Source: a virus. From it: DNA of 64,000 nt. Location of the stretch: the IMG/VR virus record IMGVR_UViG_3300036045_000007. One strand, 5' to 3'. The stretch's first letter is position 1, and the number at the start of each line of letters is the position of its first letter. The notes beneath the pieces are model-generated. The model saw nothing but the letters and a program-made list of their open reading frames with translations. It was not told the DNA's origin and did no database searches. Shown here piece by piece: positions 36,513 through 45,327 of the stretch. The position numbers and the translations under genes are program-made.

Positions 36513-36853
36513 GCTGCCTCCGACTTCGGCCCTTGGGCGGCTTGCCACTTCACATCCTCAAACGCCTCGGTGTAAGTGGCTGGATCACCGGACGTTCCCG
36601 AGCAGAGGTACATTGCTTGTTCGGCATACAGGCGGTTGATCGAGTGACGGTTCACCCAATCAGTTCCCTTGCCGAGAGAGCGGGCGGCGTTCCACAACTT
36701 TTCGAGGGCATCGGCCCACGACCGCACCATGCCAGACAAGTTCGACGCACCTGGGTCAACAACCCAAATGGCCTCTTGGCATAGGCGCGGCATCTCATCG
36801 TTGAGATTGCGGCACATGCGACGACTCCAATCTGCATCACCATCACCGAGCAT
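36509..36853 (-). CDS. hypothetical protein (114 aa)
   Basis: ORF with normal composition. Its ATG abuts the tRNA-like element. Confidence 0.5.
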   Translation of the reverse strand: MLGDGDADWSRRMCRNLNDEMPRLCQEAIWVVDPGASNLSGMVRSWADALEKLWNAARSLGKGTDWVNRHSINRLYAEQAMYLCSGTSGDPATYTEAFEDVKWQAAQGPKSEAA

Positions 36854-36922
36854 TAGGGCGTGTGGGAATCGAACCCACAGTCAGGCACCTGTGTAAAAGG
36901 CACCCGATCTCCAAGCACCCCA
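36854..36922 (-). other. tRNA-like fragment (perfect T-arm and acceptor stem, no D-arm)
   Basis: Minus strand: TGGGGTG...TGCCT-TTTACAC-AGGTG-CCTGACT-GTGGG-TTCGATT-CCCAC-A-CGCCCTA. T-loop TTCGATT is canonical. A 7-bp acceptor pairing (TGGGGTG/CGCCCTA, 2 GU) is possible, as is an anticodon-like arm with UAC. Only 13 nt sit where the D-arm should be, and the variable region is 7 nt. Confidence 0.35.
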
Positions 36923-36988
36923 AGGAAGCCAGCTCTCCGACCGCACCAGACATGGCAAAGAGTGCAGCTTCGAGCTGGCTTCCAGGTT

Positions 36989-37150
36989 TCAATCACACTG
37001 CTCTTCCCCATCGGGAATAACAGCGAAGCGCCGCACGATGCCGTCCTTCAACCTCCGTGCCTCGGACTTCAACCGATTGATCGCAGCGCACGCCTCATCG
37101 TAGGTGTCATAGTCACCGAACTCTTCGTACCCAAACTCATCGGATTCCAT
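36989..37150 (-). CDS. possible small acidic ORF (53 aa)
   Basis: Below the track cutoff: MESDEFGYEEFGDYDTYDEACAAINRLKSEARRLKDGIVRRFAVIPDGEEQCD. GAAGGTG lies upstream and the codon bias is reasonable. Confidence 0.35.
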   Translation of the reverse strand: MESDEFGYEEFGDYDTYDEACAAINRLKSEARRLKDGIVRRFAVIPDGEEQCD

Positions 37151-37161
37151 TGACACCTTCA

Positions 37162-38342
<1,181 letters not shown>

Positions 38343-38346
<4 letters not shown>

Positions 38347-38513
38347 TCTTCGTAAATCGGTTCGTCGCAGTCATATGCCTCGAAAATGTCGGACCGAAAG
38401 CCCTTCATCTTCTCGGCGTGGCACTGCGAGCACGAGTAGCACAGAAAGATTCCGTGCCCATCGTAGTTGTCGTCCTGGTACTCACCCGAACCACACGGAC
38501 ATTGACGAGGCAT
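38343..38513 (-). CDS. small Cys-rich protein with SEC-C-like CPCGSG motif (56 aa)
   Basis: Below the track cutoff: MPRQCPCGSGEYQDDNYDGHGIFLCYSCSQCHAEKMKGFRSDIFEAYDCDEPIYED. ATG immediately follows the upstream stop. Confidence 0.4.
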
Positions 38514-38717
38514 CTACTTCCCCTTTCGGCTTTGCTGCCACATCACGCACATGGGGCAGTACCACTTGCCCTTTACCTGAGTCCATCCGCCCAACTCGGC
38601 TTGCTTCCGTGCTTCGGCTGGTGTTGCGTCGTCACCAGTGGCGTCAGTTTCACAGTCGGGCGAGCGATCATCGTCCTCAGCATCGCATTCGATCCAGTAG
38701 TTTGCTACCAGTCCCAT
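38514..38717 (-). CDS. hypothetical acidic protein with C-terminal CPMC (67 aa)
   Basis: ATG 38717 overlaps the upstream stop by 1 nt (TGATG). Confidence 0.45.
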   Translation of the reverse strand: MGLVANYWIECDAEDDDRSPDCETDATGDDATPAEARKQAELGGWTQVKGKWYCPMCVMWQQSRKGK

Positions 38718-38929
38718 CAGTGACTCCCTTCTACAACGATGTCAGGCGACGGTCCATGCACGAACTCCCGCGCCATGTCGCCGATCTCTTCGTGAAGCTC
38801 AGGATCGGCTTTACTCAGCCACAGTGCGTTGTACTTCGAGAACGCCCTGGTATCGCTAAGTAGTCGCCTGGCTCGTGGCGAGCGTAGAAAGCGCTCGGCC
38901 AGCATCTCCAATCGTTCATCTGCATCCAT
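38717..38929 (-). CDS. hypothetical protein (70 aa)
   Basis: SD AAAGGAGAG precedes ATG 38929. Track ORF trimmed. Confidence 0.45.
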   Translation of the reverse strand: MDADERLEMLAERFLRSPRARRLLSDTRAFSKYNALWLSKADPELHEEIGDMAREFVHGPSPDIVVEGSH

Positions 38930-39059
38930 CACGGCTCTCCTTTCTGCGGCGCACGTAGCGCCGCCAACGTGGGCGAGACCATCGCTTGTCACTTTGGTAC
39001 GCTGGTCGGGATGAGATTCATATGGGCTGTGGTCCTCGAAGTAGTAGGATCATCGCCGC

Positions 39060-39242
39060 TTACCGATTGGCCTCATCATCGCTCGGATGAGCCTCATACT
39101 TGTCGAGCGCCAGCCACCGCGAGTGTAAGTCAGCACCGTAGGCCAGGCACGCTTCCTTGGTTTTGAACCGAAGAGCGTTGTAGCTCCCGTTGGTGCAGCT
39201 CTTCGTCTTGCACGCCAACTTCCAACTCTGTGGGTCTGCCAT
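39060..39242 (-). CDS. hypothetical protein (60 aa)
   Basis: SD AAAGGGG precedes ATG 39242. Track ORF trimmed. Confidence 0.4.
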   Translation of the reverse strand: MADPQSWKLACKTKSCTNGSYNALRFKTKEACLAYGADLHSRWLALDKYEAHPSDDEANR

Positions 39243-39320
39243 CGAGATACCCCTTTCGTGAAGCATCTCCACCGAATGGTGTGCTACGAGCACACCCACC
39301 GTGGGCGAGCCAGCCGTGGC

Positions 39321-39632
39321 TCAACCAGCGTCGATCAGCTCGACGTTGGCTCCTAAGAAGTTCCCCTCAATGGTCACTCGCTGGCCCTCGTCCATGATCC
39401 GCACCAATGCAACGGCGTCATCGCTATCACCTGGCGGGGTGATCGCCAGAAGCCAGTGATCCTTGCGCCGCTCAATGACAACGTGCGACACAAACTCAGG
39501 TGTCGCCGCGATGTTCAGGTCGATGTAGGCCGCGCACTCGTCCCTCACATCGAGCTGGCACTTGTAGCGCGGCGGCTCTGGTTCACCATCGTAGGTGAGC
39601 AGGTGGAAGTCCTGCTTGATTGTTGGAATCAT
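39321..39632 (-). CDS. hypothetical protein (103 aa)
   Basis: ATGA overlap with the upstream gene. Confidence 0.5.
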   Translation of the reverse strand: MIPTIKQDFHLLTYDGEPEPPRYKCQLDVRDECAAYIDLNIAATPEFVSHVVIERRKDHWLLAITPPGDSDDAVALVRIMDEGQRVTIEGNFLGANVELIDAG

Positions 39633-39811
39633 TGTGGCCTCCGATAGTCGCCGAGCAATGCCTCATGCAGATCGTCGCTCTTTGCACAGTACAGACAAAT
39701 ACCCCATTCCGCTGACGGCATGATTGCTTCGCGGAAGTTGTCGAGGATCACTTGGGCCTCGTCTGCGGTATCAGCATCCTCGAACTCAGCAATGAGCACG
39801 AGCTTCACCAT
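39629..39811 (-). CDS. hypothetical acidic protein (60 aa)
   Basis: SD GGGAG precedes ATG 39811. Confidence 0.45.
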   Translation of the reverse strand: MVKLVLIAEFEDADTADEAQVILDNFREAIMPSAEWGICLYCAKSDDLHEALLGDYRRPQ

Positions 39812-39815
39812 CTAC

Positions 39816-40085
39816 TCAACTCCCATCCGCTTCGAGATACCTGCCCCCGTTGGTCGTGGCCCACTCCCTGGCTGTGCTCAACACGTGGCGAGGCAGTTCC
39901 CACAAGTCGAGCATCGCACCCTTCCCCTTCACGTCATACTGCCAGCGCTTGTCGCCGGTCTGCACGATCTCGGACCAATCACGGTCCTTGGTCATGCCGT
40001 TGCGGAACAGGAGCTTCGATCCATGAAACTCCCGACGCACGTGGTCCCTCAGCTCGGCTGAGAGCCACAATCGAGCTTTGGTCAA
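39816..40085 (-). CDS. hypothetical protein (89 aa; TTG start)
   Basis: TTG 40085 overlaps the upstream stop (TTGA). The longer track ORF would overlap the upstream gene by 220 nt. Confidence 0.3.
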   Translation of the reverse strand: MTKARLWLSAELRDHVRREFHGSKLLFRNGMTKDRDWSEIVQTGDKRWQYDVKGKGAMLDLWELPRHVLSTAREWATTNGGRYLEADGS

Positions 40086-40447
40086 GCGTTGCTCCCTTCG
40101 TACTGCGGCTTCATCTTGCGCATGGCTTCGATGAGGCTCTTGAGTGATGCTACTTCCTCCCTGAACACTTCGTCGAGGTACTCGTCGCCTGAGTCGCTCT
40201 CGACGCCCCACAGCCCAGGGCTTTCGAGGTTGATGAATGTCCCAACGCCACTCTGGACGATCATGCACATGGCGCGGGCCCTGATACCGACGTAGTGCCA
40301 CTGCCCGCGCTCGAATGCACGCTTCCGGGCGCCGGACAACTCCGTTCTCAGCTCGCAGTCGTCGTCAGGAAGTACCTCACGCTCGAACTGCACGTAGAAT
40401 CCATCCTTCCGCTTGGTGTCGATGTGGGCGAACTTCGGTGTGCTCAT
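40082..40447 (-). CDS. hypothetical protein (121 aa)
   Basis: ATGA overlap with the upstream gene and normal composition. Confidence 0.5.
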   Translation of the reverse strand: MSTPKFAHIDTKRKDGFYVQFEREVLPDDDCELRTELSGARKRAFERGQWHYVGIRARAMCMIVQSGVGTFINLESPGLWGVESDSGDEYLDEVFREEVASLKSLIEAMRKMKPQYEGSNA

Positions 40448-40656
40448 GCTGCACCCCTTTCACTCGGGCCCACGATCCCACACTGTTGCATCAGGTCGCG
40501 GAACATGGAGGTGGGTAGCACTCCGCCTGGCCAGTGCTGACGCTCGCGGTCCACGATCCGCCGCACTCGTTCAGTGGTCAGCCAGTTGGCCCGCTCAGTG
40601 CGAAACCCCATGATCGCGCGGAACTCCCGCCTGTTTGGGCAGTAGTACCCATCCAC
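40444..40656 (-). CDS. hypothetical protein (70 aa; GTG start)
   Basis: Strong SD AAGGGAGAG precedes GTG 40656. Confidence 0.45.
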   Translation of the reverse strand: MDGYYCPNRREFRAIMGFRTERANWLTTERVRRIVDRERQHWPGGVLPTSMFRDLMQQCGIVGPSERGAA

Positions 40657-40659
40657 AGG

Positions 40660-40728
40660 TCACTCTCCCTTCGTCGTGTACTGCCACACGAAGATGGCAG
40701 CCACAGCCAGCCCTACCAGTAATTCCAT
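40660..40728 (-). CDS. possible 22-aa hydrophobic peptide (MELLVGLAVAAIFVWQYTTKGE)
   Basis: AAGGA lies 7 nt before ATG 40728. The stop is 3 nt before the next start. Very short, so speculative. Confidence 0.2.
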   Translation of the reverse strand: MELLVGLAVAAIFVWQYTTKGE

Positions 40729-40745
40729 TTTTTTCCTTTTTTCCC

Positions 40746-40769
40746 CAATCCCGCAGCGCTGCGGGATTG
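40746..40769. repeat. perfect 24-bp palindrome CAATCCCGCAGCGCTGCGGGATTG
   Basis: Read directly. It lies in a ~200-nt non-coding gap of the early operon next to further GC hairpins (for example CGCGC-CGAAGA-GCGCG at ~40776-40792). Confidence 0.8.
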
Positions 40770-40937
40770 CCTTTTCGCGCCGAAGAGCGCGCAGCAATCC
40801 CCTCCCGCGATTCGAGCTGCGTTGCCGAACCACGGTCCCCGCACCATGCCCGACGCATGGCCGATCCGCGCACGCTGAGCGCACACCCAGCGCAGGCGGA
40901 TAGGCCAGCGCTCCGCACTGGCATCTACCCGGTGGCC

Positions 40938-41915
40938 TTACGCCACTTTCGCCTTCTCACCCACAACCGCCTTGGCCGCTTTCTTGCTGCCGTCGATCAT
41001 GGCCTTGCTCAAGTACGCCAGCGAGTTCCGGTCGTTGGCGTTCACCAAACCCTGAGCCAGCGAATCACCCATTTCCTGCGTCCACCGCAGTATCGTGCCA
41101 AGCTGCACGAGGACCGCACAGTGCGTGGGACCGCTCAGAAGGGCCTTGATCCGCTCCGCAGCCTCGCGCGGCGACTCAGGCTCGGCTTGGGGCTTCTGGC
41201 CCTCGTCCTTCTCGCCCTTGGGCTTGCTGGCACGCTCCTCCTTGGCCTTCTCCTTGTCCGCCCCCTGCTCAGCGGTGAGCTTCCCCGTTACCCGCCGCAC
41301 GGCAATGCTGGTCTCGGCAGCGGTCATCACTTGCGTGCCGTCCACCAACGCGGCGAACATGGCTTGCAGCTCTCCCACCTGCTCGGCGGTCAAGTCCGGC
41401 TTGAACTCCCAGTGCTCAGGCTTGGCGTCCTTCCCGCTCTGCCGCTTGAGCGTGGTCTCGAACGGGCGAATCTGGCCGATGCCCAACGCCTTGCACCCTT
41501 CCCGGCCATAGACCTCGGCGACACCATGCAGCCGCAAGCAATCCTCCACCTGCGGAGTGTCGCTCTGGCCGCACACGTCGTCCAGCTCGCGTTGCAGCCG
41601 ATTCACCCCTGCCGCACGGCTCTCACGCCTGATCTTGGCGTCAGTCTCCCCACGCAGCCGATGGCCGAGGTACTTCGCCGCCGCTTTCCCGATCCAAAGC
41701 AGCGACACCGTGCGGGCCTTGGCGTAGTTCCCCGCGTGCTGACGCAGGGCTTCCAAGTCCCGCTCCAGCAGCTCGGCACGCTTGGCATCCGTCTCCGGTG
41801 TCTGCTCCGGTGGCGTACCCTCGGTTTCCAACGCCTGCTCAGCGTTGACGGCGGACGCACCGCCGGTGTTGCCAGCCAGCGCGGACGCTGGACCGGCCAC
41901 TGTAGTAGTGGTCAT
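40938..41915 (-). CDS. hypothetical protein (325 aa) with Lys/Glu-rich linker
   Basis: ATG 41915 preceded by AAGGGAGA. The antisense 543-aa track ORF is Arg/Leu/Pro-rich junk. Confidence 0.5.
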   Translation of the reverse strand: MTTTTVAGPASALAGNTGGASAVNAEQALETEGTPPEQTPETDAKRAELLERDLEALRQHAGNYAKARTVSLLWIGKAAAKYLGHRLRGETDAKIRRESRAAGVNRLQRELDDVCGQSDTPQVEDCLRLHGVAEVYGREGCKALGIGQIRPFETTLKRQSGKDAKPEHWEFKPDLTAEQVGELQAMFAALVDGTQVMTAAETSIAVRRVTGKLTAEQGADKEKAKEERASKPKGEKDEGQKPQAEPESPREAAERIKALLSGPTHCAVLVQLGTILRWTQEMGDSLAQGLVNANDRNSLAYLSKAMIDGSKKAAKAVVGEKAKVA

Positions 41916-42241
41916 TGCGCAGAATCTCCCTTCACGCATCCCCGCACTACGCTCAGGCACTTCGGGTGCCTGCACCGTGGGCGAACATCCGCCTTACCGG
42001 GCGACGACTGCCCTACGCTCACGCAGGAATCCCCGCAGCGTTGCCGTACCCCGCACTGGACGTCGTACTACCGTGGCGTGCGGATTCTCCCGCCCAGACC
42101 GCAGCCAGTCCGCCACCTGCCGCACGCGCACTTTCTCCGTCGTGTGCATGGAACTACTCTCCACGCACCCTGGCACTACGCCGGTGGCATACGATGCCAC
42201 CCACCGTGGGCGAAGGGCGATGATCTTACCGCACGCGATCC

Positions 42242-42451
42242 CTACACGCTGGCCTTGCCGCTGTAGTACCAGCCCACACTTCCGGTGCTGAACTCACGCG
42301 GCACCAGCGTCAGCGTCATGCCGTTGCCGTCCGTGAACGTGCGTGGCTTGGTGTTGTCCGCCAGCCACTTGGCCCTCTGCTCTGGCGTCCACGTCTTGCT
42401 GTGGACCACGGTGAGCTGCGACTGTGCTTGTACGACCTGTGCCATGACCAT
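42242..42451 (-). CDS. hypothetical protein (69 aa), first gene of the leftward early operon
   Basis: SD AAGGGG lies 6 nt before ATG 42451. Ends ...FSTGSVGWYYSGKASV. Confidence 0.5.
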   Translation of the reverse strand: MVMAQVVQAQSQLTVVHSKTWTPEQRAKWLADNTKPRTFTDGNGMTLTLVPREFSTGSVGWYYSGKASV

Positions 42452-42503
42452 AACCCACCCCTTACACCGCTGCACCATACCGCACCGCGTAGCACGGCGA
42501 TTC

Positions 42504-42549
42504 GCGGATTTTTTCGCCGTCGCAAAACCCTAGCTCGCAAAAAATCCGC
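42504..42549. promoter_or_regulatory. 11-bp inverted repeat GCGGATTTTTT / AAAAAATCCGC bracketing the -10 and start site of the leftward promoter (operator-like)
   Basis: Arms at 42504-42514 and 42539-42549, 24 nt apart. The right arm lies in the promoter spacer and the left arm in the early transcribed region. Confidence 0.5.
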
Positions 42550-42555
42550 TGTCAA
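42527..42555 (-). promoter_or_regulatory. sigma70 promoter (TTGACA-17-TAGGGT) for the leftward early operon
   Basis: On the minus strand: TTGACA (42555-42550), a 17-nt spacer, TAGGGT (42532-42527). It lies about 70 nt upstream of the first gene. Confidence 0.5.
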
Positions 42556-44161
42556 ATTTTCGGTCGAATTTTTTTTGCGGACCATTAGAGCCGCGCCCGC
42601 GCGATCCTCCTACTCGCGAACACCAATCCTTGCGCGCCTGCACGCACGCCCGCGTTCGTACCACACGCGCGTATCTTACCACGCCCACGCATACCCGCGC
42701 ACGCGATCTCGCCAAACCCTATACCTGCTCAGTGTTACCAATACCCCATAATCGCTGTATGTCGTAAGTCGTTGGTGGGTATGGTAGATGCGTCACGTAC
42801 ATGCCAATTTCTTGGCACGTTGGCAGCGATATTCACAACAGACAGGACATAAGCCTATGGCGTGTAAGGAGTTACTAAAACCCTACCCGCCCGGCCCCAT
42901 CAAACCCTCCCAGGTCTCCGGGTACACCACCACTGATTTTTAAGCCATTATCGCTCGCACCAGGACAGCGTAGGCCGCGTTTGGATTCAGAAAACGGACG
43001 GGGAGGCGTTTGAGAATTCGGGTTCGTCTAATGCGATTTCAGTGCCCTGGAAGTGGCATGTGGGCTTTTTACTGGCCAGGGTGGGCCAGGGTGTGTGAAA
43101 GGTGGAGTGAGCCCTTTGAGGTAGAAGACGTTTTGAGCGGTGAGGTTGTGATCGAGAACGAGGTCGAGCATGGCTGGTGAGACGACGATGAAGCCGTCAG
43201 CGGATCGGGCTGCGAACTTGGAGCCGGTGAGGTCGGAGTGACCGCAGGCTGGGAAGGTGGGAGCTGAGACGCCGGTGAGGAGGTCGAGCAGGTTTTGGGT
43301 AGCGTCCATGCTTACTGCCGATGTGGGTATGGAGAAATGGAAGAAGATGAGGAAAAATGCGCACCGTCCCCCTCTTGCGTCCGCCTCCGTGGTCCTCGTC
43401 CTCCTTGCGAGAGGGGTTGTCCAGTTCACTGTCTTTGGGGGTGGGTGGGGGTGGTTTTGACTCCACTTTTCCCTACCGCGCGCTCACCGCTGAACAAGTG
43501 TCAAGGATTAAACCTCGCACTGGAGTATCGAGTCCAGGCTGGCCTGGTCGCACCCTCTTGGCCAAATGAGGACTTTCCACCGTGCCCTGCCCTTCGGAGA
43601 TGCGGTTTCCCGAGTCTACCGACTGGCGCCTCTGGCCTCACCCACGCGGGAGTTCACAACCGCCTATAGTTGGGGATCAGCGTGGGGTTCCCCTTGGGTT
43701 GTGGCCGATGAAGTTACCCCTTCGGTCGGCGGGATGATTTTAGGCTGGAGGGTGGGTTGGCGTCAAGCCTTCTCGAATTTCCAGTAACCGCCGTAGGCGC
43801 CGCCTTTGGTGAATGTGATGGTGCCTTTGTCGCCAGCGACGGCGGAATGATCGCTGTCGGTGCCGATGAGGAAGTGCCCTTCGCCGTCTTCATCGACGAC
43901 GATCATGGTGTGAACTCTGACGCCTCGAATGGACTCCCATCGTCACATCGGACATCAAGCACCTTGGCGGACTTTTTTGTACCGTAAGGCCAGGTACGTG
44001 TTTTCATGGTTCGGAGATCGCGATGGGTGGTCATGTGATTGGCGGCTCGTTCAGGTGTCCGCCGTCTCGCCAGCCGGTGATCCAGCGACGATGATTTCGA
44101 GAAGGCGGGCGGTTGTGGTTGCCTGGACGCGGGCGTCTTGTTCCATGTTATATTGAGTTGG

Positions 44162-44190
44162 GTGAAAAATTGGCGACAGTTTGGTAAGAT
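44162..44190 (+). promoter_or_regulatory. candidate promoter with GGCGACA spacer element (weak -35)
   Basis: GTGAAA-AATTGGCGACAGTTTGG-TAAGAT (17-nt spacer), with the same geometry as the minus-strand promoters at 35.2, 38.3 and 52.0 kb. Confidence 0.35.
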
Positions 44191-44196
44191 GGTGGG

Positions 44197-44428
44197 TGAT
44201 GGCCGGGCAAAAGCGTTTGGAGAAATTCCGTGGGGAGATGTCTCCTCCGTATGCTCACCGCGAGCGATAGGCGCGGGAAAAGTATCCCCGCCCGGCCATC
44301 GGAGCCTGGTTGCCCGGATACCGCCACGAGCCTCGCGAGAGGGAAAAGGCGGCACAACGCTCTGGCGCTCCCCCCGAAAGGGGAGTTGCCCAGCACCGGG
44401 CTCCTTTTTTCATTTGGAGGCACGAGAT
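44197..44428 (+). promoter_or_regulatory. structured ~230-nt 5' leader (attenuator/riboswitch-like)
   Basis: 11-bp long-range helix GATGGCCGGGC (44198-44208) / GCCCGGCCATC (44290-44300). Nested helix CCGCC...CCTC-GCGA-GAGG...GGCGG (44321-44352). Two mutually exclusive hairpins share GGGGAG (44380-44385). Confidence 0.45.
44382..44410 (+). terminator. intrinsic-terminator-like hairpin plus T6
   Basis: GGAGTT (44382-44387) pairs with GGCTCC (44399-44404) and is followed by TTTTTT (44405-44410). It lies 19 nt before the ATG of the downstream gene. Confidence 0.4.
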
Positions 44429-44683
44429 ATGCGGCGTAGTGAACCTGGTGACTTCGGCGTGGTCATGGACAAGGAGGAGTTTCGCCAGCGGATGCTCAGC
44501 GAGTTCGACGGGCAGTTCAAGGGGAAGATGAGCCTCGACGAGCTGCTTCTGCGACCGCGAGTGGCTTTGTGGTTTTGCGACTTCGTTCGGGAGAAGAACC
44601 GCTGGTGGGATCTGCCCGACGACGTGATCCTGCGGTCGATTATGGCCGCGAGAAAGAACCCTGCGTTGAAGAGCGGTGTATGA
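44429..44683 (+). CDS. hypothetical protein (84 aa)
   Basis: SD GGAGG precedes ATG 44429. Track ORF 44138..44683 trimmed. Confidence 0.5.
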   Translation: MRRSEPGDFGVVMDKEEFRQRMLSEFDGQFKGKMSLDELLLRPRVALWFCDFVREKNRWWDLPDDVILRSIMAARKNPALKSGV

Positions 44684-45003
44684 TGATCCTGATGCACGTC
44701 ACCCACGAGAACGGTGAGATGATCGGTCACTTCAAAAACAGTTGGCACCGGGACGGCGGCAAGCCGCAACAGCGTGGAACGCCGATGGTCGTGGTAACGG
44801 AAGAGCTTCTGCGCGCGGGGATGGCGGACAATGGCGGGTACACTCGGGCCCAATTCCAGTTGGTCGGCGTGCTTGAATGGCCCCCGCTGAAGGGATGGAA
44901 GCGGAGTGTGCTCGGCTCGCTCATTCCCAGGGCGGACGCGGAAGAGTTTCTGCGGATTCGCCGGTTGAAGCGCGAGGAAGCCCAGGCACCAACCCTCTTC
45001 TAA
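44680..45003 (+). CDS. hypothetical protein (107 aa) with GGYTRAQFQLVGV-WPPLKGWKRSVLG motif
   Basis: ATGA overlap with the upstream gene. The C-terminal motif recurs in phage proteins from memory; function unknown. Confidence 0.5.
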   Translation: MMILMHVTHENGEMIGHFKNSWHRDGGKPQQRGTPMVVVTEELLRAGMADNGGYTRAQFQLVGVLEWPPLKGWKRSVLGSLIPRADAEEFLRIRRLKREEAQAPTLF

Positions 45004-45142
45004 TCACCGTCGGCGCCTCGATGTCTACGTGCCCGTTTGTCTGCTCGGCCTTCAACGTGCCGCAATTGGGGCACCAGAACTTGCGCTCGCCGGGCACGCC
45101 GAGGTTTTGCATCGTTTGGTTGCAGGTTGGACAGGCCATCAC
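44921..45142 (-). CDS. zinc-ribbon protein (73 aa)
   Basis: CPTCNQ...WCPNCG. Last gene of the 52-to-45 kb operon. Convergent 83-nt overlap with the + strand gene. Confidence 0.45.
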   Translation of the reverse strand: MMACPTCNQTMQNLGVPGERKFWCPNCGTLKAEQTNGHVDIEAPTVIRRGLVPGLPRASTGESAETLPRPPWE

Positions 45143-45327
45143 TTATTGATCCTTTCGAGCCAGCACTCCCGACACCGCTTCCGCTTGCGGTAGCCGGACG
45201 AGCCCTTGGCGAACATGGTGTGGCCGCACACGAGGCGGAACTCGATTGAGCCGTGACCATGCCTGGCATACTTGGACTGTCGCCACGTGACAGCCTGGAC
45301 ATCGACGAGCGGTCGTGGATCAGACAT
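45139..45327 (-). CDS. hypothetical protein (62 aa)
   Basis: SD GGAGAG precedes ATG 45327. ATGA coupling to the next gene. Motif CGH...CRECW. Confidence 0.45.
   Translation of the reverse strand: MSDPRPLVDVQAVTWRQSKYARHGHGSIEFRLVCGHTMFAKGSSGYRKRKRCRECWLERINK

Noticed and set aside
36854-36922. A functional tRNA-Val(UAC) gene
   Set aside because: The T-arm and acceptor pair well, but no D-arm can be formed (13 nt instead of about 19). The variable region is 7 nt and the T-stem/acceptor junction has an extra base. It is reported only as a tRNA-like fragment.
40635-42266. 543-aa + strand ORF
   Set aside because: It is antisense to SD-linked minus-strand genes, with an Arg/Leu/Pro-rich junk composition.
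43028-43309. 93-aa minus-strand ORF (MDATQNLLDLLTGV...) as a real gene
   Set aside because: It has no SD. The third-position bias decays toward the 3' end, and it lies in a region of fragmentary ORFs. It is treated as a possible gene remnant and discussed under the low-coding island.
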